A stretch of DNA of 64,000 nucleotides from Porcincola sp. (GCA_045118075.1 JBGUOI010000202.1:7741-71740); one strand, 5' to 3'. Shown: positions 31,401-38,851, counted from the stretch's first letter. Made by a program: numbers and translations. The notes: generated from the letters alone by a model not told the origin.

Positions 31401-31712
31401 GTACTCGAAAGTGACACCGGCATAACCGAAGCCGGGAAGGATGACGCTCTGGCCGTCCGTGTCATAGAACCACCGTGAGAGCACAAAGCCCTCCGCATTT
31501 GTCTCCGTTCGTTCGAGCCATTCGGATTCTCCGTCTCCGACTATTTCTCCGTCAGAATCGACGTAGTGTTCCTCTACCGATGTAAGATCTTCTGCCGGAA
31601 CCTCGGTGCTTAACGTCTCAGGCTCCACACTTTCCTGTGCGGCAGCCTGGGCTGTCATCATCAGCAGGAAGCCCAGAGTCACCAGGCTTTTCCGGATCAT
31701 CTTCTTTCTCAT
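25416..31712 (-). CDS. giant secreted repeat protein (2098 aa), same YD-like unit organised in 130-aa super-repeats, function unknown
   Basis: GGAG RBS, and signal peptide MRKKMIRKSLVTLGFLLMMTAQAAAQE. Tandem repeats fill the whole length. Paralogue of 16858-22758. Confidence 0.85.
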   Translation of the reverse strand: MRKKMIRKSLVTLGFLLMMTAQAAAQESVEPETLSTEVPAEDLTSVEEHYVDSDGEIVGDGESEWLERTETNAEGFVLSRWFYDTDGQSVILPGFGYAGVTFEYDDQGLVCKERYFGPDGERMALENGVSGYDAVNLSEDTKLELLWLDENDEPALNEDAGFAHVVREKDGSGNIVRVSFYDENDKPLTQKSGYAAVEREYDDHQHKTLERYLDEEGNLVAIPSTGYATVEYEYDEDGLVSAERYYGEDGERTLVENGTSGYTAVNLNKSLKLEQIWIGVNDEPVFNEEAGFARVKREKDDKGNITSVSFYDENGDLAVQKKGYAVVLREYDDESRKIKESYLGGDGNPVRLPGSGYAGIGYEYDDDGNITAETYYGENGEIIQVGGYATVRREYDDERRIVKESYFNQNGEPRILPGAGYAGIVFEYDDDGNETRETYLGTDGNPAVSTDGYASIAWEYDEWGQVTRESYFDKFGDPSILPGAGYSSITYEYDSMGLVNFERYYGKDGNRITLSNGISGYSTINLNEKIKLEEMFVDENDQPVMNSRTGFAYVVRDVDEDGLIYYVAYYDENLDPIEVEQGYAFVSRDYNENGKVIMESYFDVDGNLTILPSAGYAAVTYEYDDQGLVSAERYFGPDGSRTRLSNGVSGYKAVNHNKTTKLEELWLDVDETPAMNLKLGYARVQRELDENGNILRESYYDASDKPVTIDEGYATIVRKYNDERQVVRESYFGENGKAILLPSGGYAAVTFEYDERGYVCCERYFGINGKRITLSDGSSGYRVNYLNDNVKLEEMWIDENDEPIINLKKGCAHIIRDADESGLVYHVAYFDEFDDPIRLSDGYAAVAREYDENGKKIKESYYDEDNELIKLPSKGYAAISYEYDEMGLVSAERYYGDDGRRIALGNDISGFTCVNLNKSVKLEQQFIGVKDQPVINKDVGYAHVKREADAEGNITRISFFDQQDHPITVKEGFASVEREFNDVQQMTKESYFGRTGQAILKPGAGYASVEYTYDRQGLVSSERYFGTNGRPITLASGVAGCDIVNLDEKNRLKEQWLDEDGNPAFNIEKGYARVERETDQHGNIVKVTFYDENDRLEAQREGYAMLTREYDAAGRKTRESYFDGYGMPVLLRSGGYASITYEYDVQGMVCCERYFSTGGGRIVLENGVSGYKCLNLNEKIKLDEMWLDEDDQPVMNREAGYAHIVRQVDGLGNVIRVSYFDENYQPVMVNEGYSVVNMKYNSRHQKTSESYLDEEGQGMVVAGLGYAKVKYEYDKKGRVSGERYFWMDGRPIVLPSGVSGYRCVYHNNGTKLEEMWLDRSGRPVMNADLGYASVVRDVDGMGDVIRVSYYDENDEPVAVKNGYAVVEREYNVLRQKTEERYLGTDGSSVMSKSAGYAAVKYTYDDQGLVSSERYFGPDGRRITLSTGISGYDAVYLDKNTKLDEKYLDDEDKPVVNTKKGYAHVVREVDKAGNVVSVSFFDEHEELISARGYANVKREYDHDGNLAKESYFNALGEPTPMGDGYYQIGFTYDNLGNKVTERYYNKNGELMLTRKGYAGVNRTYDKGGNIIREAYVGTDEEYCMTASGYAIVVRLYDANGNKTEEAYYNANGYPVYPYERGYARATYVYDDEDHLIKAEYFNRMNERRDMGGYSGYKAAYSNGKRVMEAYLNMYDALAVNKAKGYALAYHDYDAAGNEIATRYYDDRRLPVEVNGAATTLRTFDAAGNETSKKKFNAGGLLILESKGCAWTEKEYNEDEKVTRETYMDAAGKPMNIGGYATVQRIYNDEGQVVMVSYFDADGQAAVLPKGYSSIRRESSDDGKVVKTEYLGTDGEPVMLEAGYAMTTSEFDEAGNVIFEKWYDTQGNQINRKDKPYAATIKEYNEQRKPVRSTFVDLNDQRVDNEDGYAVVVNEYDERGNKTYEAYYTKEGFQVMPVDKWYHVVKREYDSDDNVVLERYYGFYDDPITVDAGYAGIAMEYNDEGKEIRRKFLDAEGNLTACKSGYAQTTTEYPDKNTVLITYYDAYGNEVQTKSGYSRYETTYNDAGKHIGTAYYNAGGVPAPVGSKKYVRVDYHYSEDGKVTKEYKDVYGNVVKVEEK
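27400..31430 (-). repeat. in-frame diverged tandem super-repeat, period 390 nt (130 codons), about 10 copies, inside the 2098-aa gene
   Basis: The codons for E-R-Y-(F/Y) appear on the plus strand as gaaatagcgctc or close (1-3 base) variants. They sit at 27468, 27858, 28248, 28638, 29028, 29418, 29808 and 30198, exactly 390 nt apart. Confidence 0.85.
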
Positions 31713-31732
31713 CGCCGTTCTCCTAAAAACAA

Positions 31733-31778
31733 GTCTGGCCGGAGCCCGTCAAAGACGGGCCTTCCGGCTGATGGGTCC
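31733..31778 (-). terminator. intrinsic terminator-like / attenuator hairpin between the 244-aa and 2098-aa repeat-protein genes
   Basis: The minus strand reads GCCGGAA-G-GCCCGTC-TTT-GACGGGC-TCCGGC followed by CAGACTTGTTTTTAGGAG. A 13-bp GC-rich stem and a T-run lie immediately before the RBS of the giant gene. Confidence 0.45.
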
Positions 31779-31822
31779 CTTTCGGGAAATATCTGTTTCT
31801 GTAATATTACCTGATCGGATGA

Positions 31823-32554
31823 TCACTCTGTGATCTCGCTTCCGTCCGGAGCGTAATTGGTGGTCACCTTGCTGCCGTCCTCGTTATACACGGTGACGAA
31901 ACCGGCAAGATCTTTGCCGGGAAGCGCAATGGGCTCTTCGTCAGCGCCGAAGTAAGCTTCCTGAGTCTTGCGGCCTTCCTCATCGTAAGCTCTTGCGACT
32001 ATGGCATAGCCGGAGGGAGTCACGACAAGATTGTCATCAGCGTCGAAGAAGCTGACCAGGACAACATTGCCTTTTTCATCCGTGCCGCGTGTTACGTGAG
32101 CATAACCAGCCTCAGTGTTCATGACCGGCTCGTCATTCTCATCCAGCCATACCAGATCCAGCGGGAATCTTCCGCCGGAAGACTTAAATCCGCTCACACC
32201 GTTCTCAAGCGTGATACGATTGCCGTCAGCGCCGAAATAACGCTCGGCTGTGACATCGCCGTTCTCGTTATATTCATACATGACACAGGCATATCCTTTA
32301 GCCGGCAGTACGGCAAGTTTTTCGTCCATATCGCTGTAGCTGACTGCTACGACCTGTCCGTCTTCACTTAAAGCGGTGGTTTCGATAAAAGCAGCACCTG
32401 CTTCGTCGGTGACTTCTCCGGCCTCATCCAGATAAACGACCTGCTGATCTTCCGCCTCAGCGGGCATCTCGGTCTCTGCCGCGAATGCTGCTGCGCTCAT
32501 CATCAGGATCATGCTGCCTGCGAGCAGTCCGTTCCAGAACATTTTTCTCTTCAT
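31823..32554 (-). CDS. small secreted repeat protein (243 aa) corresponding to one 130-aa super-repeat of the giant paralogue
   Basis: The ORF-track start at 32710 is trimmed to ATG 32554, which follows AGGAGGACAGCA. Signal peptide MKRKMFWNGLLAGSMILMMSAAAFAAE, then GYACVMYEYNENGDVTAERYFGADGNRITLENGVSGF...GYAHVTRGTDEKGNVVLVSFFDADDN...GYAIVARAYDEEGRKTQEAYFG. Confidence 0.75.
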   Translation of the reverse strand: MKRKMFWNGLLAGSMILMMSAAAFAAETEMPAEAEDQQVVYLDEAGEVTDEAGAAFIETTALSEDGQVVAVSYSDMDEKLAVLPAKGYACVMYEYNENGDVTAERYFGADGNRITLENGVSGFKSSGGRFPLDLVWLDENDEPVMNTEAGYAHVTRGTDEKGNVVLVSFFDADDNLVVTPSGYAIVARAYDEEGRKTQEAYFGADEEPIALPGKDLAGFVTVYNEDGSKVTTNYAPDGSEITE

Positions 32555-32884
32555 TGCTGTCCTCCTACTTTGAAAAAATTTTATTAAGGTTATCGGATTT
32601 ATAATCCTCCCAAAATAATATAATAACATACTTTGGGGGCTATTGCGTATAAGTTTGCGAAAAAAACTCAATTTAGCCGAGGCTTTTCCTAAATCGTTTT
32701 CATGCGTCAAATCCTACACCTGCAATATAGATAAGTTATAACACGGAATTCCTGATCATGTCTATATTTTTAGGGATTTACACGAATTCTTCACACTTCT
32801 TTTTCCGCCACTTTTTATCCCTGCGTTTTTGCGTTTTCTCCCCGGACTCACCGATTTTCACGAAACGTTTTCGCTCAAGGCGCA
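32555..32884 (-). promoter_or_regulatory. AT-rich leader/promoter region of the polysaccharide operon
   Basis: This is the only long AT-rich non-coding stretch upstream of 32.5 kb of same-strand genes. The candidate sigma-A promoter on the minus strand is TAGACA (32764-32759), an 18-nt spacer, and TATAAC (32740-32735). It is not verified. Confidence 0.35.
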
Positions 32885-32920
32885 GAAAAACTCCGGCAGG
32901 AGGCACGCCGGAGCTTTTCT
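32885..32920. terminator. bidirectional intrinsic terminator closing the GH3/ABC operon
   Basis: CTCCGGC (32891-32897) and GCCGGAG (32907-32913) form a stem. It is flanked by AAAAA upstream and CTTTTCT downstream, so on the minus strand the hairpin is followed by TTTTTCTG. It lies 74 nt after the GH3 stop. Confidence 0.55.
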
Positions 32921-32986
32921 GAAGGAATTTAGCTATGAAAAAGCTGTTATTTATGTTGTGTCTTTTTTATCTTTTTACTTTCCGCT

Positions 32987-35104
32987 TCAATCGGCTTTTA
33001 CGGTGATCGCGAGCGGTGTCTTTCCCGTAAGTTCGCAGCTTCGCTCATCCGGCTGTGAAGTGCCCGCATAGAGCACAGCCTCTCCGCTGCAGGTTTCCCT
33101 TTCGCCCTTATCGTTGATCACGGTGAAGGTATAGGGATCGAGCTCGACGGCGACCTGTTTTTCTTCGCCGCCTTTCAGGCGCACCCTCTTAAATCCGCAC
33201 AGCCTGGGATTTTTCGGAGCGTCGCCGGATTCCAGGGAGACATAGACCTGGAGCACATCGCCGGTGTCTTTGTCCGACTCGTTTACGCAGGTAAGTTTTA
33301 CGGTGCCCGCCCCGCCTTCGGTATTCTCGAACTTTGCTTCCTTCACCAGCACATTGCCGTAAGTCAGCCCGTAACCGAACGGGTAAAGAGGCGGTGTTTC
33401 CAGATAGCGGTAGGTCCGCCCTTTCATGGAATAATCCTCGAAATCGGGCAGCGGATCATCATCGTGATAGAAGGTGACGCACAGTTTTCCGGACGGGGAG
33501 ACTTCCCCGAACAGGATCTTCGCCAGCGCTTCCCCGCCTCTTGCGCCCGGATACCAGCACTGGAGCACCGCGTCAAAATTATCCTGCGCAAAGCCAAGGT
33601 CCATGGCGCTTCCTGCGATCAGGCAGCAGATCACGGGTTTTCCGCTCTGCGCGAGCGCATTCATCAGTGTCCGCTGGGAAGCCGGCAGCAGAAGGTCGAT
33701 CTTGTCTCCGGAAGCATAGCTGTTGCCGGTATCGCCCTCTTCGCCTTCGAGGGTCTCGTTGAGGCCGAGCACCAGCACGACCGCGTCTGAATTCTCCGCT
33801 ACGATCAATGCCTCGGAGATGCGATCATTTTCAAATGCCAGGTGTTCGATCCGGTCCTGCGTGATATCGCAGCCGTCCGAGTAGAGGACGCGGATCTTCT
33901 CCCCGTTTTCTCCGGCCTTTTCCTGCGCATAGTGCAGGATGCCGTCAAGCGGAGTGATATATTCGGTCGCGGTACCGTGGTAGTTGCCCACCAGCGCCGC
34001 GCGGCTGTTCGCATTCGGGCCGATCACGCCGATCGTCTTTATGCCGGCGCCGAGCGGCAGGATGCCGTTGTTCTTCAAAAGAACGATGCTCTCCTCGGAC
34101 GCTCTCTCCGCCACCTTAAGATGTTCATCGCACTCCACCACGCTGTAGGGGATGTCGTCGAACTCAGTCTCATCGAACAGCCCCAGCAGATAACGGGTCG
34201 TAAACAGCCGCTCGGCGGCCTCGGTGATCCGCTCCTCGCTGATCAGACCCTGCTCATAGGCTTCCATCAAGTGAAGGAAGGTATTGCCGCAGTTGAGGTC
34301 ACATCCGGTATTTATGGCCAGGGCAGCGGATTCAGCTGCCGTCTTTGTCACATGGTGATTCTCATGGAAGTCACGTATTGCCCAGCAGTCAGAGACGAAA
34401 TGACCTTCAAATCCCCATTTCCCGCGCAGGGTCTCCTCCATAAGCGGTTTGTTGGCGCAGCACGGTTCGCCGTTCGTCCGGTTGTAGGCGCCCATCACGG
34501 ACTCTACTCCCGCTTCGCAGACCAGCTGCTCGAAGGCCGGAAGGTAAGTTTCATTCAGGTCCTTCGGTGAAGCTATGGCATCGAAAGAGTGGCGCACGGC
34601 CTCCGGTCCGGAATGCACCGCAAAGTGCTTGGCGCAGGCGGCGGCTTTCATGTATTCGCCGTCCCCCTGAAGCCCTCTGACGAAGGCCTTTCCGAGCTGC
34701 CCGGTAAGGTACGGATCCTCTCCGTACGTCTCCTGGCCTCTGCCCCAGCGCGGATCCCTGAAGATATTGATGTTGGGCGACCAGAAAGTCAGGCCTTTAT
34801 AAATGTCCCTGTCTCCTTCGCCCGAATAGGCGTTGTACTTGGCACGGCCTTCCTCCGCGATCACGCCGGCGATCTCTCCGAGAAGCTGTTCGTCGAAGGT
34901 CGCCGCCATGCCCACCGCCTGCGGAAAGCCGGTGGCGGAGCCGGCTCTGGCTACGCCGTGCAGAGCCTCGCCCCACCAGTTGTAAGCCGGGATGCCGAGC
35001 CTGTCGATCGCCGGAGCGTCATATCTTAACTGTGACATCTTCTCTTCCAGTGTCATCTTTGCGACCAGCTTGGCCGCCCGTTCTCTCGCTTCCCGGCGAT
35101 CCAT
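32987..35104 (-). CDS. glycoside hydrolase family 3 (beta-glucosidase / beta-xylosidase type)
   Basis: 705 aa. KMSQLRYDAPAIDRLGIPAYNWWGEALHGVA, the nucleophile context KWGFEGHFVSDCWAI, and a C-terminal fibronectin-like domain region. Confidence 0.9.
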   Translation of the reverse strand: MDRREARERAAKLVAKMTLEEKMSQLRYDAPAIDRLGIPAYNWWGEALHGVARAGSATGFPQAVGMAATFDEQLLGEIAGVIAEEGRAKYNAYSGEGDRDIYKGLTFWSPNINIFRDPRWGRGQETYGEDPYLTGQLGKAFVRGLQGDGEYMKAAACAKHFAVHSGPEAVRHSFDAIASPKDLNETYLPAFEQLVCEAGVESVMGAYNRTNGEPCCANKPLMEETLRGKWGFEGHFVSDCWAIRDFHENHHVTKTAAESAALAINTGCDLNCGNTFLHLMEAYEQGLISEERITEAAERLFTTRYLLGLFDETEFDDIPYSVVECDEHLKVAERASEESIVLLKNNGILPLGAGIKTIGVIGPNANSRAALVGNYHGTATEYITPLDGILHYAQEKAGENGEKIRVLYSDGCDITQDRIEHLAFENDRISEALIVAENSDAVVLVLGLNETLEGEEGDTGNSYASGDKIDLLLPASQRTLMNALAQSGKPVICCLIAGSAMDLGFAQDNFDAVLQCWYPGARGGEALAKILFGEVSPSGKLCVTFYHDDDPLPDFEDYSMKGRTYRYLETPPLYPFGYGLTYGNVLVKEAKFENTEGGAGTVKLTCVNESDKDTGDVLQVYVSLESGDAPKNPRLCGFKRVRLKGGEEKQVAVELDPYTFTVINDKGERETCSGEAVLYAGTSQPDERSCELTGKTPLAITVKAD

Positions 35105-35179
35105 GGCTCCCTCCCGTTCTTATGGTTTTTCTTTTCTGTTTCCTTTTGTTAACGAATTTCTGTTATTCCGCGTGAGGCA

Positions 35180-36019
35180 TCAGCCCTTCACGGCGCCCGT
35201 TGTCAGGCCGTCGACGATCTGGTTGCTGAACAGGCAGTACACGATGATCGTCGGAATGATGGCGATCATGATCGCCGGAAACATCTTGTCGTAGTTGGTC
35301 TGGTACGGTGTCACGAACTTTGTCAGTGCTACCGGCAGCGTCTTCTTCATATCATCGGAGATAAAGACCAGGGCCAGCAGCAGCTCATTCCAGTTGTTGA
35401 TGAAGGTCATCAGGCCGGTGACGAACAGACCTGTTCTCGACAGCGGCAGACAGATGGAAAAGAAGATCTTGTAGATAGAGCATCCGTCAATACAGGCCGA
35501 CTCGAGCAGTTCGTTCGGAATGCTGCGGAAGAATCCGGTCATGATAAACACACAGGTCGGCAGCGAGAATGTCAGGTATGGCAGGATGAGTCCCCACAGG
35601 TTGTTGCTCAGGCCGATCTTGGCAAAACGCACGAACAGCGGAATGAGTACGCAGTGGACCGGGATCATCATACCGATCATAATGTAGATCATCGCAGCGC
35701 CGGAGAGTTTCCAGCGAAGGCGCCCGATCGCGAATGCCGCCATGGAGCCGAGCAGCATGCACAATACCAGGGTGATCACGCAAACGAACAGCGAGTTGAG
35801 CATCGCAACGCCCAGCTTACCGGCCTTCCATGCGACACCGTAGTTCTCCCAGTGGAAGCTTTCGGGCCATCCGAAAGGACTCTTGTAGATCTCAGCTCTC
35901 GTCTTTAATGACGTCATGCCGATCCAGCATAAGGGCGCGAGGTAGATCACCATCATAAAAACGAAGAAGATGTAGATCAGAACGGTTGAAGCCTTGATTT
36001 TTTGCTTGTTTTTCTGCAT
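35180..36019 (-). CDS. carbohydrate ABC transporter permease (MalG-like)
   Basis: 279 aa, six hydrophobic segments, and the EAA-loop ESACIDGCSIYKIFFSICLPLSRTG. Confidence 0.9.
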   Translation of the reverse strand: MQKNKQKIKASTVLIYIFFVFMMVIYLAPLCWIGMTSLKTRAEIYKSPFGWPESFHWENYGVAWKAGKLGVAMLNSLFVCVITLVLCMLLGSMAAFAIGRLRWKLSGAAMIYIMIGMMIPVHCVLIPLFVRFAKIGLSNNLWGLILPYLTFSLPTCVFIMTGFFRSIPNELLESACIDGCSIYKIFFSICLPLSRTGLFVTGLMTFINNWNELLLALVFISDDMKKTLPVALTKFVTPYQTNYDKMFPAIMIAIIPTIIVYCLFSNQIVDGLTTGAVKG

Positions 36020-36032
36020 TTTTCAACCCTCC

Positions 36033-36935
36033 TTACATCTCGTAGCTTTCCGTCTTGAAGATCTTGTTGATGATCCCCGTGGCGATCAGGCAAAGCGCTA
36101 CCAGAACAACGCCGATCGCACTGGCTTTGCCGTAATGGTTCCCGCCTTTGCTGGAGAAACCGGTACGATACAGGTAGGTTGCTAAAACGTCCATCTTCAG
36201 GTTCTCCGTCTTATCACCCAGCATTGAGTAGATCAGATCGAAGAACTTCAGCGAGCCGATGGCATTCAGGCTCATGGCGGTGCCGATCATCGGTTTGACC
36301 AACGGAAGGGTAATGTGGAAAAACGCCTGGGGTTTTGTGGCCCCGTCAATGTAGCTTGCCTCGTAAAGAGACTTGTTGATGCCGGAGATCTGGGCCATGT
36401 AGAGCATCATCGACTGGCCGACATACTGCCATAAGGCGACAAACGCGATGACCCACATGGGCAGCGTGATAAATCCTTTTGTATCGTACAGCCAGCCGGG
36501 TCCTTTAATACCCCAGAGCGACATCAGCAGGTTGTTGATACCGACCTTGGCGTGGAACAGGAATGCCCACAAAAGACCCAGGGCAGCAGACGAAAGAACG
36601 CAGGGAAGATAGATCACGTTCTTGAACAGGTTTCTCCCCTTGTTAATATTCGTCAGAAGACCTGCCAGCAAAAGGCCCATGATCAGCTGAGATATGCATG
36701 AAAACACGAGGAAAAAGAGCGAATTCTTCAGCGCGATGAACATGGTCGGATCTTTCAGAAGGTTCCTGAAATTTTTCAGTCCGACAAAGGTGTAGCTTCT
36801 TGTCACTTTGCTGTAATCGCACAGCGCGTAATAAAATGAGGTCACGATCGGGATAAACAACACCGCGGTAAACAGGATCAGCGCAGGCGCCACAAATAAC
36901 ACGACCGCCACTTTATTTCTCAACAGTTTATCCAT
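36033..36935 (-). CDS. carbohydrate ABC transporter permease (MalF-like)
   Basis: 300 aa with the EAA-loop EASYIDGATKPQAFFHITLPLVKP. Confidence 0.9.
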   Translation of the reverse strand: MDKLLRNKVAVVLFVAPALILFTAVLFIPIVTSFYYALCDYSKVTRSYTFVGLKNFRNLLKDPTMFIALKNSLFFLVFSCISQLIMGLLLAGLLTNINKGRNLFKNVIYLPCVLSSAALGLLWAFLFHAKVGINNLLMSLWGIKGPGWLYDTKGFITLPMWVIAFVALWQYVGQSMMLYMAQISGINKSLYEASYIDGATKPQAFFHITLPLVKPMIGTAMSLNAIGSLKFFDLIYSMLGDKTENLKMDVLATYLYRTGFSSKGGNHYGKASAIGVVLVALCLIATGIINKIFKTESYEM

Positions 36936-37044
36936 AAGCTTTTCCCCTGTAAGAAATTTCTTATTTCTCTTTTCTTGGTTTATTGTGGAAAGGTTCTCGT
37001 TTTAGTGAATTGTCTGAACGGATGAAAATAGTAAAAATAAAGTT

Positions 37045-37083
37045 TTAGAAAAACGGCGGGACTGCCGCAATGACAGTCCCGCC
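37045..37083 (-). terminator. hairpin/partial terminator after the solute-binding protein gene
   Basis: A perfect 10-bp stem, GGCGGGACTG (37055-37064) with CAGTCCCGCC (37074-37083). On the minus strand it is followed by GTTTTTCT. This is the classic SBP-transcript stabiliser position. Confidence 0.5.
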
Positions 37084-37106
37084 AATTGGCCAGTTGCAAT
37101 ATTGTC

Positions 37107-38417
37107 TTATTCTGTGGTAGCTTCAGCAGCACCCTCTCTGTAGCCATTCTCAACATACCAGTCTTCAACAGCCTGGAAAGCTTCTTCCGGAGTCTTCTCC
37201 TGCTGGAAGATAGCAACCATCTGATTGTCGAAGTAAGAACCGGCATCGGAGGATACCAGGGACTCGTTGTAGAAACCGAAGGTTCCGGTAGCATTTCCGA
37301 AGATCTCCATAACGTCTGCCAGCTGTGCCGGAGCAACAGAAGCATCGTACTCAACCTTGGTAACCGGGATCTTGCCGCCGACTTCAGCGGTGTACTTCTG
37401 AGCGGTGTCGTCTGTGAAGTATTTCATCAGAGCAACGCAGGCTTCCGGATACTGAGTGGTGGAGCTCATAGCCAGAGAGTCGGATTTAGCAATGACTCTG
37501 TTGGGATCGTTTCCGCCTTCGATTGCCGGGAACTGGAACACGCCGCACTTCTCTTCGAAGTCGGGGTTAGCACCGTTCATCTGGCCGATTGCCCAGGAAC
37601 CCTGGATCAGGATAGCAGCCTCTTCGAAATACAGAGCTGCGGTAGCATCATCGTTGGAGTCGCCTGCAGCGGTCTCCTGGAAGTACTGGCTAAGCTCAAG
37701 AAGTTTCTCGCCTGCGGCGATGGTCTTGTCCTGTACCCAGCTCTCTTCGCCGGCATTGATTGCTGCAAGGTCTACGCCTTCTCTGTCGCAGAGGTAACCA
37801 GCCAGCATGGACAGGCACCATGCGGTACCGGCGCTGATGGTGATGGGGGTGTAACCGGCTTCTTTGATCTTTGCGCAAACTTCAAGGAGCTCATCATAAG
37901 TAGTGGGAACTTCAACACCCGCTTCTTCGAAGATCTCTTTGTTGTAGAATACGCAGGCAGCTGCGATATTCAGCGGAATTGCATAGATCTGTCCATCATA
38001 GGTCTGCTGTGCGAAAACAGCATCGCTGGAGAAGGTATCTTTCCAGCCGTCAGCCAGATACTCATCAAGCGGAGCAGCAACGCCGGGGGCAACATAGTCG
38101 GTCAGGTTCGGGCCCGGGCTGACGATGAACACGTCCGGAGTCTGGTCGGCATCAACCAGAGCGTTCAGCTGTGTATAATACTCTTCAAGTGTGGTGGTGA
38201 TCGGGGTTACGTGATACTGACCTTCATAATCAGCATTGAAGCGGTCAACAACCTCTTTAAAGCCTTTGGTAATGTTGTCTTCGGAAGCATCCAGGTCATC
38301 CCAGAACATCCAGGTGATCTCCTGTACTTCGTCCTCAGCATAAGCCGGAACGGCAGCCAGCAGAGAGGTTGCAACCATGGCGGTAGCCAGAACTGCAGAT
38401 AACACTCTTCTCTTCAT
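37107..38417 (-). CDS. extracellular sugar-binding protein of the ABC transporter
   Basis: 436 aa. Signal peptide MKRRVLSAVLATAMVATSLLAAVPAYA, then a family-1 solute-binding protein-like sequence (ITWMFWDD..., DVFIVSPGPN...). Confidence 0.9.
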   Translation of the reverse strand: MKRRVLSAVLATAMVATSLLAAVPAYAEDEVQEITWMFWDDLDASEDNITKGFKEVVDRFNADYEGQYHVTPITTTLEEYYTQLNALVDADQTPDVFIVSPGPNLTDYVAPGVAAPLDEYLADGWKDTFSSDAVFAQQTYDGQIYAIPLNIAAACVFYNKEIFEEAGVEVPTTYDELLEVCAKIKEAGYTPITISAGTAWCLSMLAGYLCDREGVDLAAINAGEESWVQDKTIAAGEKLLELSQYFQETAAGDSNDDATAALYFEEAAILIQGSWAIGQMNGANPDFEEKCGVFQFPAIEGGNDPNRVIAKSDSLAMSSTTQYPEACVALMKYFTDDTAQKYTAEVGGKIPVTKVEYDASVAPAQLADVMEIFGNATGTFGFYNESLVSSDAGSYFDNQMVAIFQQEKTPEEAFQAVEDWYVENGYREGAAEATTE

Positions 38418-38851
38418 TCGTTAAGTCCTCCTTAAAATTGAATAACGATTTGTTACTTCACATGCAAACGCATATGCGGTCGGTGCCGGCAGGCACCCGT
38501 CCGATTTACCATGATTTTACTTTAGCTGACATGTCAGTGCATTACATTCGAATTCTTGCTAATTAATTATTAATTATTGCTGTTAGTTTTTTGGCCCGCT
38601 TCGTCATTTGGTCAGTTTCTACAGGATTTATGTTCGGATTTTGGTAAAAATGCCCTGTTTTGTTTGCCAATGTCGCTCAATTGGCGGACTATTGGTCCGC
38701 TTTTCAAATGTTTTCAATTTTCTTTTTGACAAATAACAGCAATTATTATACCCTATAGATATTCCAACTTTCGACTTTATCATATCAATTTTTGACAGAA
38801 CACATTTGGCAGAAGGCAACAGAAGGTACAAGAAAGCAAAGAGGGATTTTT

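Noticed and set aside
25416-31712. Regular 390-nt periodicity that could be mistaken for a CRISPR array or satellite DNA.
   Set aside because: The periodic elements are in frame within one continuous ORF that has a signal peptide and an RBS. The repeats are diverged at the nucleotide level, there are no short identical direct repeats separated by unique spacers, and no cas genes are present.
16858-31712. Classical Rhs/YD polymorphic toxin loci.
   Set aside because: Neither giant protein ends in an Rhs core motif (PxxxxDPxGL) followed by a variable toxin domain. No small immunity gene follows. The unit length (32-33 aa) and consensus differ from canonical YD repeats. I therefore call them only YD-like.
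32555-32710. 52-codon N-terminal extension of the small repeat protein in the ORF track (MTHENDLGKASAKLSFF...).
   Set aside because: The extension lies in AT-rich DNA and has no RBS. The internal ATG at 32554 follows AGGAGG and begins a canonical signal peptide.
36980-37354. 124-aa minus-strand ORF spanning the end of the binding-protein gene and the spacer.
   Set aside because: It overlaps the well-supported SBP gene out of frame and runs through the terminator hairpin. No RBS or domain was recognised.
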